Shown here piece by piece: positions 1 to 20,593 of a stretch of 64,000 nt of DNA. The DNA lies in assembly GCF_009914755.1 (NCBI RefSeq), contig NC_060926.1, one strand, 5' to 3'. Each line of letters begins with the position of its first letter. The first letter of the stretch is position 1. Below the pieces are notes generated by a model. That model was not told the DNA's origin, did not search any database, and saw nothing but the letters and a program-made list of their open reading frames with translations. The DNA is from the human T2T-CHM13v2.0 reference genome, Homo sapiens. The translations under genes and the position numbers were made by a program.

Positions 1-42
1 CAACATGATTTTGTGAAGAGCAAATCCTGCTGAACTAATTTC
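1..42 (+). mobile_element. Possible CR1/L3 LINE reverse-transcriptase relic
   Basis: Frame 1 reads QHDFVKSKSC*TNF, resembling the CR1 RT motif QHGF.KGKSCLTNL; very short and at the window edge. Confidence 0.4.
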
Positions 43-651
43 TTTTTTTTTTTTTAAACCAACTGCAAAACCTGGCAGATGGTATAGCAATGATCACCTC
101 TGCAAAACATCAGCTGTGTCTACTTACTGGTATATACATCATGTGTTTTTAAATGTATTGCAGTGTACAAGTCTGAGGTAGAATCATGAAAGGAATACCT
201 TCTTCTTCCGTCACTGTGTGAACGCTAATCTCAGCAAACAGACATAAATGAGACTGGAATTGGTTATTGAGTATGCCAAGTACACACAGACTGTAGATCA
301 TCCCTTGTCTCCAGAGAAGCAGGAAAGTAGAATTCCACCTGGCTTAGAAATAGGTGACCTCGTGCAACCAGGATTTCTCTAAATTGTAAGTAACATAATA
401 TCCCTGTACTTCTGCACCAAAGAACCTCCATCTTAACTATACTACAAAAAAAATCTGGCTGCTAAGAGGCAATAGGGAAATTAAAATTCTCCAAAAACAT
501 CTATATATTTCAAAAATAATCTTTTGGTAACATCTGATGCTTCCTGATCTTGTGAGAAGCACCATCTACAAGCCTTAGCTGCAATGTCTGTCTAAAATTT
601 TACACAAGGTGTTTTGTCCAATATGAGAACTCTCTATTTAGTTCCTTTTCT

Positions 652-1270
652 TTGTTCATTCAACAAACACACATTATGAGTATTTACTGCATACTAGGCA
701 TTGGAGACATGAAGATGAATAAGACATTTCCTTTTGACACATGAACCCTCAGAGACCTTGTAGTCTGCTAAGGAATACAAACTAATTATTCTAAAACAAT
801 TCAATCTGTAGTATATGCTATTTGTGGGAGAAACAAGGTTCAATAATGGAAAGTCAAGAAAGTCTCCACAGAAAGATGACTTTTGAGCCAGGCCTTGAGT
901 GATAAGTAAGTGTTTAATGGGGAGTGGAAGTACAGGGAATTTCAGGTGGAAGAACCACCAAAGCAAAGCATCATCAAGGTATAGAAGAGTATATTGTGTC
1001 TGAGGAGCCATGAGTAGCTTGACGTGGCTAAAGAAGTTTCCAAATGTGGACAATGGTGAGAAATGAAAGTTAAAGTCATATTAAGAAGAAACCCAAATAT
1101 CACACTAAAGAACTTGGCCTTTTATCCTATTGGTCGTAGAGTACAACTGAGCTTTAAAAAAAAAAATCAAGGGAATGATATCAGATTTCTCCTTTAGAAG
1201 AAATTTCTAGCAGCACTATAGTAGGGGGATTGGAAAGAGGTGAGACTGTAGGCAGAGAAACCAGACAGGA
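652..1270 (-). mobile_element. L2 LINE 3' fragment
   Basis: TTCATTCAACAAAC...ATTTACTG...CTAGGCA is the reverse complement of the L2 3' end, followed by typical degraded L2 body (CTTGGCCTTTTATCC, GATATCAGATTT). Confidence 0.75.
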
Positions 1271-2692
1271 GCTCCTCCTACTAATGTTTTATAGTTTCAA
1301 CTTCTACTGCTTTTGTTTGTCACAAGTTTAATACTGTCTTTTTTGAACTTTGCTGAGACAGGAGGTTTGAACACTGCCATCAAGTCAGCAACTTGTTCAT
1401 GTTGCCCTCTATTGGTAGAAAGGAAAAGAAATTACTATCAAGGGCATTATTTCACATTTCATTTGTTGATGGTATTTCGATTTTCCTGAAATAATGTTTG
1501 TTATGTTTTGTAACATAAAAAACATATGCTGGCATTATATTACAATTACAGGAATACCTCTGAAATTACACTTCGAGTAGTAAGGGGATAGTGTAGACAG
1601 CAACAACCACAGGAGTTCAAAGAGAGAAATGAATATGGTCTAGCCTGGAGACCTCTCTCTAAATTTCACTTACCTCTAATAATATGAATAATCATGTCTT
1701 GATTTATCTGCTTAGAATACACATGCAGATATATTTTAAGCAAACAAATTAAGACATCATGATTTTAAGTATAGCCACACCTTGGAGTAGTTTGGTTCTA
1801 GACCACTGCAATAAAGCGAATATTGCAATAAAGCAGGAGATACAAATTTTTTGGTTTCCCAGTGCATAAGAAGTTATGTTTATACTATACTGTAGTCTAT
1901 TAAGTGTGCAGTAGCATTATGTATAAAAAAATATATATACCTGCATTAAAAAATACTCTATTGCTAAAAAATGCTAATGATCATCTGAGCCTTCAATGAC
2001 CCAAAATTATTTTGCTGGTGGAGGGTCTTATCTTAATGTTGCTGGCTCCTAATCAATCAGAATGGTAGTTATTGAAGGTTAGGGTGGCTGTGGCAATTTC
2101 TTCAAATAAGACAGTAATGAAGTGTGCTACATTGATTGGCTCTTCCTTTCACAAAAGAGTTCTTTGTAGCATGAGCTGCTGCTTGATAGCATTGTACCCA
2201 CAGTAGAACTTCTTTAAAAATTGAGGTCGATCCTCTCAAACCCTGCCATTGCTTTATTCACTAATTTTATGGAATATCCTAAGTTCTTGTCGTCATTTCA
2301 ACAATGTTCATGGTATCTTCACTTGAGAGTATATTCCATCTCAAGAAACCACTTTCTTTGCTCATCTATCAGAAGTAACTACTCATTCGTTCAAGTTTTA
2401 TCATGAGATTGCAGCAGTTCAACTACTTCTTCAGGTTCCACTTCTAGTTCTCTTACCATTTCCACCACAGTTACCTCCTCCCCTGAAGTCTTGAACCCCT
2501 CAAAGTCAACCATAAGGGTTGGAATAAACTTCTTCCAAACTTCTGTTAATATTAATATTTTGACCTCCTATGAATCGTGGATATTCGAAAAGACATCTAG
2601 AATGGTGAACTCTTTCCAGAAGGTATTCAAGGTATTTTTTCCAGAACCATCACAGAAATCACTATCATTGGCAGCTATAGCATATTTCTTAA

Positions 2693-3472
2693 TGTCATAT
2701 CATGAAATGTATATTTGGGCTTTTTCCCCATTTCCTGGCACACAACTCCTAAAATCCTTGGAATCTCCAAAGTGCTGTCTCTTTGTACGGCTAATATTGA
2801 GTAATAGCTTCAGGTTGGGAGTGGTCACTGGAAAGACCAAAGCATGATTAGAGGATAGGGACTTTCAACCCCATCCCCCAACCTCCGGTGAGGGGATAAG
2901 GGGACAAAGGTTAATTGAACACCAATGGCCAATGGTTTAATTAATCATGCCTATGTAACGAAACCTCTCTGAAACCCAAAAGAGCAGGATTTGGAGTGCT
3001 TCCAGATAGCTGAATATGTGGAGGTTCCTACAGTATGGTGCACTCAGAGAAGACATGGAACCTCCGTGCTCCTTCACCTATACCTCACTGTATACTTCTC
3101 TTCATGTGTATCCTTTATAATGTCCTTTATAATAAACCAGTAAATGTATTAATAAATGTTTCCCTGAGTTCGGTGAGCCACTCCAGCAAATCAATTGAAC
3201 CCAAAGAAGTGGTTGTGGGGACTCCAACTTGAAGACAGTCAGAAGTTCACCAGGCCCAGACTTGTGACTTGTGTCTGAAGCTTGGGGATTAGCCTTGAGG
3301 ACTGAGCCCTCAACCTGTGGGATCTGATCTGTCTCCAGGTAGTATCAGATTGGTGTTCACTGCTTGTTGGTGGGCAAAAATCCCCACACATTTAGCCACA
3401 GAAGCCTTCTGTGTTGATTGTTGTGGTGTGAGAGCAGAGGGAAACAACACTTTGAGACTTTTTCTCCAAACA
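2693..3472 (+). mobile_element. MER21-family solo LTR inside Tigger1
   Basis: TGTCATAT...ATATTTGG...TTCCTGGCACACAACTCCTAAAATCCTTGGAATCTC start, internal AATAAA, ends in CA; Tigger1 resumes at 3473. Confidence 0.8.
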
Positions 3473-3588
3473 AATAACAAGATGAAAGTTGAATTATTCC
3501 TTGATCTGTGGGCCGCAGAATGGATGTTGTGTTAGCAGGCAGGAAAACATTAATCTCCTTGTATACCTCCAGCAGGGCTCTTAGATGA

Positions 3589-3921
<333 letters not shown>

Positions 3922-4083
3922 CTAGCAATGTTATTTTGAAAGGAATCTTTTTTTTCCTGAGCAGCAGGTCTCAACAGTGGGCTTATAATATTCGGTAAAC
4001 CATGCTGTAAACAGATGTGCTGTCAGGTGGACTTTGGTGCTCCTTTAATAGAGCACAGGCAGAGTAGATTTAGTATAATTCTT

Positions 4084-4920
<837 letters not shown>

Positions 4921-5494
4921 ATTTAGCGTAATTCTTAAGGGCCTTATAATTTTTGGAATGCTAAATGAGCATCGGCTTCAAGTTAAAGTCACCATCTGCA
5001 TTAGCCCCCACCAAGAAAGTCAGTCTGTTCTTTGAAGCTAGGCATTGACTTCTCTCTAGCTTTGAAAGTCCTAGATGGCATCTTCCTCTGATAGAGGGCT
5101 ATTTTGTATACATTAAAAATCTGTTATTTAGTGTAGCCACCTTGATCAATAATCTTAGCTAGGTCTTCTGGATAATTTGCTGCAGCTTCTGTATTAACAC
5201 TTGCTGTTCACCTTGCACTTTCATGTTATGGAGACAGCTTCTTCATGAAATTTCATGAACCAACCTCCACTACCTTCCAACTTTTCTTTTGCAGCATGCT
5301 TACCTGTCTCAGCTTCACAGAACTGAAGAGAGTTAGGGCCTTGCTAACTTTCTTGCCTTAAGTTAAGGGAATGTTGTGGCTGGTTTGATCTATCCAGACC
5401 GCTAAAACTTTCTCCATATTGGCAACAGCCTTTCTCACTTTCTCACATTCTCACTTTCTTATTTGCGTGTTAATTTCTTTCAAGAACATTTCTT

Positions 5495-5778
5495 AGACTT
5501 AGTGCAGTGGCTCATGCCTGTAATCCCAGCACTTTAAGAGGCCAAGGTGGGCACATTGCTTGAGCCCATGAGCTTTTGACCACCCTGAGCAACATGCGGA
5601 GACCCAGTCTCTATAAAAAATTTAAAAATTAGCCAGGCATGGTGGCTTACGTCTGTGGTCCTAACTACTTGGGGTAGGCCAAAGTAGGAAGATGGCTTGA
5701 GCTCCGGAGGTCAAGGCTACAGTGAGCCATCATCATGCTACTGCATTCCAGCCTAGGTGACGGAGAATACCCTGTCTC

Positions 5779-5803
<25 letters not shown>
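5495..5803 (+). mobile_element. AluJ-like element inside Tigger1
   Basis: Diverged dimer with long A tail; degenerate TSD AAGAACWTTTC on both sides. Confidence 0.9.
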
Positions 5804-5809
<6 letters not shown>

Positions 5810-6198
5810 TTTCCTTTTCATTCACAACTTGACTGTTTGGCATAAGAGGCTAGCTTTTGGCCTATCTTGGCTTTTAACATGCCTTGAGAAGATGACAACT
5901 AACATTAATCTTAGTTGTAAAATTAATCATTCCTGGCTTTTGATTTAAAGTGAGAGACATCCAACTCTTTCTTTCATTTGAATACTCAGAGGCTGTTGTA
6001 GGGTTATTAAGTAGATTAATTTTAATATTGTTGTCTCACATGAAGGCCAGAGGAGAGAGACAGAGACGGGATAATAGCTAGTTGGTGGGACAGTCAGAAC
6101 ACACACAACCTTTATTGAGTAAGTTTACCATGTTATATGGATGTGGTTTATGGTGCCCCAAAACAATTAAAATAGTAACATCAGAAATCAGTGATCAA

Positions 6199-6334
6199 AG
6201 CCAGCCATTGTGACATATGCCTATAGTCCCACCTACTCATGAGGCTGAGGCAGAAGGATCACTTGAGGCCAAGAGTTTGAAGCCTTGGCCTCCCAAAGTG
6301 CTGCAATTACAGACACAAGTCACCATACCAAGCC
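6199..6334. mobile_element. Fused inverted Alu 5' fragments (+ 6199-6284, - 6282-6334)
   Basis: A plus-strand Alu 5' portion runs directly into the reverse complement of another Alu 5' end through a shared GCC. Confidence 0.8.
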
Positions 6335-6471
6335 TGAAGAGTCTATTACGTATTAAATAACTTAAATGTATTATTATAAACCTTCCCACAAATAAAACCT
6401 CAGTCCCACATGGTTTCACTGGTACGTTCTTCCAAACATTTAAGGAAGAAATAACACTAAGCTTACATATA
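6335..6471 (+). mobile_element. Old L1M ORF2 fragment (continues at 8194-8266)
   Basis: CCCACATGGTTTCACTGGTACGTTCTTCCAAACATTTAAGGAAGAA corresponds to the L1 ORF2 PDGFTGEFYQTFKEE region. Confidence 0.8.
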
Positions 6472-8193
6472 TTTTGGAGAAAGAATAATAGTACCCCAAA
6501 GATGTACACCTCCTAATCCCTGAAAACTGAATATGTTACTTTTCAAGGGGAAAAAGGCTTTGCAGATGTGACTACATTAAAGATCTTGGGATGGAAAGAG
6601 TATCCTGGATTATCCAGGTGGGCTCAGTGCAATCACAGGGGCCCTTATAAAAGGAAATAATGTGTCAGAGAGTGAGAGAAATTTGAAGATGTTATACTGT
6701 CAACTTGGAAGATAGAAGATCTTCAAAGGGATCATGAATCTTGAAATATAGATAGCTTCTAGAAGTAGAAGCTGGAAAAGGCAAGGAAACAGATTTTCCC
6801 TCAGAACCTCCAGAAGGAATACAGCCTGCTAACCTATTTTAGACTTCTGACCTCCAGAACTGAAAGATAATATATATGCAGTGTTGCAGGCTACTAACTT
6901 TGTGGTAATTTGTTACAGCAGCAATAGGAAACTAATGCTGGTGGCAGCAGCGGCCCATCTAGACTGGCTGCTGCCATGATGGCTGCAGGAGGGAGGTGCT
7001 GCCCAAGTCTCCCTGGGTGCCACCACAGCTACTCTGGTGCAGGTCCAGACCCCAGCATCTCTGTGGTCTTGGGTGCCCAGGAAGACCTCCCTTCCCCCTG
7101 CAGGCTCAGAAGTGCTTGCTCTCATTGCCTGGTTTCTCCTGCTGTCAGTGCCTGCTCCCATCTCGGAGGTGTGGCTGGGACTGCACATTCCATGGAGCTG
7201 GCGGGAGCTGGGGACAAATGGGAGCCTCACCCCTTCCGAGTTAGTGAGGCAGGATCTCCCTGGGTGCAGCTGCAGCTGCCCAAGCCTAGCTTTGGAACTG
7301 GGCATCTCTGTGCTCTTGGGGGCCCAGGAAGGCCCCCCACAGGAACAAAGTGCCTGCTCCCACTGCCTGGCTTCTCCCTGCTCCCAGTACCCACTGCAAT
7401 TGTGGAGCAAGGTTGGGGCCGAGCCCAGGCACTGTCACAGCCCAGCCAGGTGGGCACATGATTGGGGCAGCCCTGACATGCCAGCCCCCTGCTGCCTCAG
7501 TCCCCTCCGGACTTTGGGCACCCACGAGTGCGGGAGGGAAGCCGAGGGGAGGCTGAGGGCAGCTCAGCATTGGCTTGCAGGTGTCCCTTGGCATGAATAG
7601 CCTGTGAAACACGAACAGCAGCCGGAGGCAGACAGGTTCCTGGGCAGAAGGGGGCAGGAAGCTGGTGAAGCCCCACCTTTACACAGGGGAAGGCCTCAAA
7701 GCTGGGGGCTGGGCTGCCACTCCTGTGTACTGGAGGCAGAACTCATGGCGCCTTTTCCTGGGCTCACCCATGGCTGCTCGTGGACCTATCAGCATGCATT
7801 TCACCCCTCTGAAGACCATAAAAACCCCTAGACTCAACCACAGCAGGGCAGACACTGGGAAAACCAGCTGCAGAGAGGAGCTATCTTCTCCAGGGCCTCC
7901 TCTCCACTGAGAGCTGCAGACGCTGGAATGACCAGCTACAGAGAGGAGCCACCCTCTCTGCTAAGGGCTGAATGTTTATCAGGACGACCTGCCTGCAGAC
8001 AGGAGTCACCCACTACAGGTCTCCTCTGAGCTGTTCTAACACTCAATGAAGCTCGTATTCATCTTGCTCACCCTCCACTTGTCTGTGTACCTCATTCTTC
8101 CTGGACACAGGACAATAACGTGGGCAAAGGTGCCACTGACCACAGAGATTTCTGGCCAGAAAAGTAATACCCCAAAGGTCCTGTAACAATACA
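6472..8193 (+). mobile_element. MLT1 (MLT1D-like) MaLR LTR, with MER52 inserted in its last bases
   Basis: Ends ...TTTGTTACAGCAGCAATAGGAAACTA[MER52]ATACA; 5-bp TSD RTATA at 6467-6471 and 8194-8198. Confidence 0.85.
6939..8188 (+). mobile_element. MER52-family (ERV1) solo LTR, GC-rich
   Basis: TGGTGGCAGCAGCGGCCCATCT start, ...CCCCAAAGGTCCTGTAACA end; 4-bp TSD ATRC at 6935-6938 and 8189-8192. Confidence 0.85.
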
Positions 8194-8265
8194 GTATATA
8201 TTTTCAAAGAATAAAAAAAGAGAAAACATTTTCTAACTCTTTATATAAAGCTAATATAACCTTGA

Positions 8266-8284
8266 TTTTTTTTCCTTTCTTCCT

Positions 8285-8328
<44 letters not shown>

Positions 8329-8643
8329 TTTCTCTCTCTCTCTCTCTTTTTTTTTTTTTAAGTTTTTTCTATTGCCCAGGCTGGAATGCAGTGGTGCAAT
8401 CACTACTCACTGCAGCCTTGACCTCTTGGGCTCAAGCGAGCCTCCCACCTAAGCCTCCTGAATAGCTGGGACTACAGGTGTGCACCATCATGCCTGGTTA
8501 ATTTGTTTTTAAATTTTTCTTGTTTTAGCTATGGGGTCTTGTTATGTTGCCCAAGCTCCTCTCAAGCTCCTGGGCTCAAGCAGTCCTCCCACCTCAGCCT
8601 CCCAAAGTACTGGGATTACAGGCATGAACTGCCACACCCAGCC
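8266..8643 (-). mobile_element. AluJ with (CTTT)n(CT)n microsatellite tail
   Basis: Reverse-complement Alu; tail expanded into CTTT and CT repeats at ~8270-8358. Confidence 0.9.
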
Positions 8644-8810
8644 AAGAGCTGGATTTTACATAATATAATGCCAAATGGTTCCAATTTGATCTTTTTTTTA
8701 AAAAGAAATAGTTAAGGGAACTTTTTTTTTTTTTACTTTTCAGTTTGTAAATTTTCAAACATACGTAAAAATTGAGAAAATAGTATAATAAACCCATGAC
8801 TTAGCTTTAA

Positions 8811-9185
<375 letters not shown>

Positions 9186-9358
9186 TTGCTGATGTACCTT
9201 AAAGCAAACCTCAGACATGCCATTTCAGCCATAAATACTTCCAGTATGCATCTCTAATGCATAAGGACTTTTTTCATAGAAACTTTTGAAATCTTCAAAA
9301 GTGATGTTTAAATGTGTCTGAATGATTCATCAGTAAATGTTTTAAAAAATAAGAAAAT

Positions 9359-10460
<1,102 letters not shown>

Positions 10461-11285
10461 TCAAATTAATTTTGAAAATACAACTGATGTGAGCTCTGCC
10501 TCTTGAGAGCTGGCATGAGCATTAAAGGAAATGTATTATAAAGATTTGAATGCGTCTTGTGGAATCCCACAGCAGAAGTCCTCAAAAAGAGCATGAGATA
10601 AGAAAATGGTTATCAACTAGGATCCCAGGAAGTGCCTTCTCATATCTTGTCCCTGCTTCTCTGGTCTCATCTCTCTGCCTTGCAATTGTCTCTACTTTTC
10701 AATTCATACATCGGGTTACAGTTGTACCTCAGCTTTGAAGTTTTAAAATTTCCATCACTCAGGAGAATAGCTCAGTCTGAATAAGAATATTATGGTCCCA
10801 GTTTCAAATTCCTGGTAGAAAGAATCTGATGTCACAGGTTGGGTCAGATGTCCACACGTGGTCTGATTATCTGTGACCAAGGAATGATGTCATATAGTAG
10901 AGATATGGTTGTCTGGAGCCTCTCTAAGGAGGAGGAAGCAAACTAGGTCTTTGTGAGATAAGCCAACACTCAAAAAGGAGCTAATACAATTGTTGAGTGG
11001 AAAAAAAAAAAAGAGTCATGTACAATGCAATTCCGTTTCTGTAAAACAAATCAAAACAAAGCTCTATCTATATACAAATATGTCTATTGCTAATACATAT
11101 ATTAGAAGAGTCTGGAAAGACTTGTAAACAGGAATATATATATTAATATATATTTTTAAAGTTTTCATTATGAAATATTTTAGACTTACACATGAATAGC
11201 AAAAATAGTGCAAAGAATTCTTGTACACTCTTCACCCAACTTCTCCAAATGTTTAATCTTACATAATTGAGTAAAATGATCAAAA

Positions 11286-11756
11286 TCAAGAAAATAACAC
11301 TAGTAGGGTGGAGCCAAGATGGCCGAATAGGAACAGCTCCGGTCTATAGCTCCCAGCGTGAGTAATGCAGAAGACAGGTGATTTCTGCATTTCCATCTGA
11401 GGTACCGGGTTCGTCTCACTAGGGAGTGACAGACAGTGGGCGCCGGACAGTGGATGCAGCGCACCGTGCGCGAGTCGGAGCGGGGCGAGGCATTGCCTCA
11501 CTCGGGAAGCACAAGGGGTCAGGGAGTTCCCTTTCCTAGTCAAAGAAAGGGGTGACAGATGGCACCTGGAAAATCGGGTCACTCCCACCCCGATACTGCG
11601 CTTTTCCGACCAGCTTAAAAAACGGCGCACCAGGAGATTATATCCCGCACATGGCTCAGAGGGTCCTACGCCCATGGAGTCTTGCTGATTGCTAGCACAG
11701 CAGTGTGAGATCAAACTGCAAGGCGGCAGCGAGGCTGGGGGAGGGGCGCCCGCCAT
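11286..11756 (-). CDS. L1 ORF0 homolog, open and extended to 156 aa (expression unknown)
   Basis: ATG at 11756; MAGAPPPASLPPCSLIS..CASNQ..S.GVGPSEP...VRRFLS.SEKR...GVTRFSR matches L1 ORF0; frame stays open past the L1 5' end and through the TSD. Confidence 0.55.
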   Translation of the reverse strand: MAGAPPPASLPPCSLISHCCASNQQDSMGVGPSEPCAGYNLLVRRFLSWSEKRSIGVGVTRFSRCHLSPLSLTRKGNSLTPCASRVRQCLAPLRLAHGALHPLSGAHCLSLPSETNPVPQMEMQKSPVFCITHAGSYRPELFLFGHLGSTLLVLFS

Positions 11757-12332
11757 TGCCGAGGCTTGCTTAGGTAAACAAAGCAGCCGGGAAGCTTGAA
11801 CTGGGTGGAGCCCACCACAGCTCAAGGAGGCCTGCCTGCCTCTGTAGGCCCCACCTCTGGGGGCAGGGCACAGACAAATAAAAAGACAGCAGTTACCTCT
11901 GCAGACTTAAATGTCCCTGTCTGACAGCTTTGAAGAGAGCAGTGGTTCTCCCAGCATGCAGCTGGAGATCTGAGAATGGGCAGACTGCCTCCTCAAGTGG
12001 GTCCCTGACCCCCAAGCAGCCTAACTGGGAGGCAACCCCCAGTAGGGGCAGACTGATACCTCACACGGCCAGGTACTCCTCTGAGATAAAACTTGCAGAG
12101 GAACGATCAGACAGCAGCATTCACAGTTCACGAAAATCCACTGTTCTGCAGCCACTGCTGCTGGTACCCAGGCAAACAGGGTCTGGAGTGGACCTCTAGA
12201 AAACTCCAACAGACCTGCAGCTGAGGGTCCTGTCTGTTAGAAGGAAAACTAACAAACAGAAAGGACATCCACACCAAAAACCCATCTGTACATCACCATC
12301 ATCAAAGACCAAAAGTAGATAAAACCACAAAG

Positions 12333-13347
12333 ATGGGGAAAAAACAGAGCAGAAAAACTGGAAACTCTAAAAAGGAGAGCGCCTCTCCTCCTCCAAAGGA
12401 ACGCAGCTCCTCACCAGCAATGAAACAAAGCTGGACGGAGAATGACTTTGACGAGTTGAGAGAAGAAGGCTTCAGACGATCAAACTACTCCGAGCTACAG
12501 GGGAAATTCAAACCAAAGGCAAAGAAGTTGAAAACTTTGAAACAAATTTAGACGAATGTGTAACTAGAATAACCAACACAGAGGAGTGCTTAAAGGAGCT
12601 GATGCAGCTGAAAGCCAAGGCTCGAGAACTACGTGACGAATGAAGAAGCCTCAGGAGCCAATACGATCAACTGGAAGAAAGTGTATCAGTGAGGGAAGAT
12701 GAAATGAATGAAATGAAGCGAGAAGGGAATTTAGAGAAAAAAGAATAAAAAGAAACGAACAAAGCCTCCAAGAAATATGGGACTATGTGAAAACACCCAG
12801 TCTACGTCTGATTGGCGTACCTGAAAGTGATGGGGAGAATGGAACCAAGTTGGAAAACACTTTGCAGGATATTATCCAGGAGAACTTCCCCAGTCTAGTA
12901 AGGCAGGCCAACATTCAGATTCAGGAAATACAGAGAACGCCACAAAGATACTCCTCGAGAAGAGCAACTCCAAGACACATAATTGTCTGATTCACCAAAG
13001 TTGAAATGAAGGAAAAAATGTTAAGGGCAGCCAGAGAGAAAGGTCGGGTTACCCACAAAGGGAAGCCCATCAGACTAACAGCAGATCGCTTGGCAGAAAC
13101 GCTACAAGCCAGAAGAGAGTGGGGGCCAATATTCAACATTCTTAAAGAAAAGAATTTTCAACCCAGAAATTCATATCCAGCCAAACTAAGCTTCATAAGT
13201 GAAGGAGAAATAAAATACTTTACAGACAAGCAAATGCTGAGAGATTTTGTCACCACCAGGCCTGCCCTAAAAGAGCTCCTGAAGGAAGCACTAAACATGG
13301 AAAGGAACAACCGGTACCAGCCACTGCAAAATCATGCCAAATTGTAA
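12333..13347 (+). pseudogene. L1 ORF1p remnant
   Basis: MGKKQSRKTGNSK...RNNRYQPLQNHAKL broken into three ORFs by frameshifts and stops. Confidence 0.95.
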
Positions 13348-13410
13348 AGACCATCAAGGCTAGGAAGAAACTGCATCAACGAACGAGCAAAACAACCAGC
13401 TAACATCATA

Positions 13411-17337
<3,927 letters not shown>

Positions 17338-17583
17338 ACAATGAGAACACATGGACACAGGAAGGGGAACATCACACTCTGAGGACTGTTGTGGGGTGGG
17401 GGGAGGGAGGAGGGATAGCTTTAGGAGATATACCTAATGCTAAATGACGAGTTAATGGGTGCAGCACACCCGCATGGCACATGTATACATATGTAACTAA
17501 CCTGCACATTGTGCACATGTATCCTAAAACTTAAAGTATAATAATAATAAAATAAAAAATAAAAAAAGAAAATAACCCTAGTA

Positions 17584-18417
17584 AATGCCACTAATTCATC
17601 TATGAACTGTATTTAAATTTTGTCAACTGTCCCTATGTGCCCCTTTTCCTGGATCAGGATGCTATCAAAGATCACACAATGCATTTATTTATCTTCTTAC
17701 TCTTTAATCTATGATAGTTTCTTAATCTTTCTTTATCTTGTGTGACCTTCACAATTCTGAAGAGTGTATACCCATAGTTTTGTAGAGTGTCCCTCACTTT
17801 GGATTTGTCTGATGTTTCTTTTTGATTAAATCAGGTTATATATGTTGGCCTCATGACTGCAATATTAACTTGGATCACTTGATTAAGGTGGTGTCTGCCA
17901 GACTTCTCTACTGTAACATTATTTTTCCCTTTGCCATTTAATAAATATCTTCTGGGGAGATACTGTGACACTATATAAAAAATCCTGTTTCTCCTTTTAG
18001 CCCACCAATTTTAGCATTTGTGAATGACTCTTGCCTGAAACAATTTTTACTATAGTATCTGGCAAATGGTAATTTTGTTTCCATCACTTCTTCATCATTT
18101 ATTACTTGGAATTCTACTGTAAAGAAGAACTTCCACCACTCTCCCAGTGATTTATTTATTCAACTTGTTATCACTCTGGACATAGGGATATTTGTTTTAT
18201 TCCACGAGTTACAACTTATTACTATCATTATTTATTTTGTTGCTTAAATTGTCCCAGATTTGTCTTGGGATCCCCTTCAAGTTGGCTCCTATGTTTCTTC
18301 AACATGCCCCATCATTTTTCCAGCATTTACTTTTTGACATCATGACATGTTCCAGGCGGATCTTGGTTTTTCTCTGTTCCAGTCCTGGAACCAGACATTT
18401 CTTCCAAAAGTTCTGGC
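17584..18417 (-). mobile_element. Old L1MC/ME-type 3'UTR fragment (left part at ~11150-11305)
   Basis: Typical antisense L1M 3' text (GATTTGTCTGATGTTTC, GGTGTCTGCCAGACTTCTC, GGGGAGATACT) continuous across the L1PA insertion. Confidence 0.7.
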
Positions 18418-18745
18418 TTTTCTTTTCTTTTTTTCTTTTTTTTTTTTTTGAGATGGAGTCTTGCTCCGCTGCCCAGGCTGGAGATGACGCGACCTGGGCT
18501 CACTACAACCTCCACCTCACGGGATGAAGCGATTCTCGTGCCTCAGCCTCCAAAGTAGCTGGGACTATAAGCTGGGACTAAAGACGTGCGCAACCACAAC
18601 CGGCTATTGTTTGGTATTTTTAGTAGAGATGAGGTTGTGCCATGTTGCCAAGGCTGGTCTGGAAATCCTGAGCTCAAGTGATCCTCCCACCTTGGCCTTC
18701 CAAAGTGCTAGGATTATAGGTGTGAACCAATGCCCCCGGCTGCCC
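18418..18745 (-). mobile_element. AluJ
   Basis: Diverged dimer with a small internal duplication of AGCTGGGACTA. Confidence 0.9.
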
Positions 18746-18978
18746 TGATTTCTTTCCTTTTCTTTTTTTTCTTTCATAAAATTGCACATATAAAACAAGA
18801 TCTGGCATCAAGTATGTTCATTGCTAGTGATATGCCAATACCTGGAGGTAGGTAATATTTTATCTGCATTTCATAGAAAAGAAGGTGAGGCATGAAGAGG
18901 TTAATGCGGCTAATTATTTATTAGGTGCTAGAGCCAATATTTTGACCCAAGCAATCTGACTCTAGAATTCATGCTTTT

Positions 18979-20593
<1,615 letters not shown>

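Noticed and set aside
6913-7910. Cluster of overlapping 68-187 aa ORFs on both strands
   Set aside because: Almost entirely within the GC-rich MER52 LTR; stop-poor composition and no recognisable protein.
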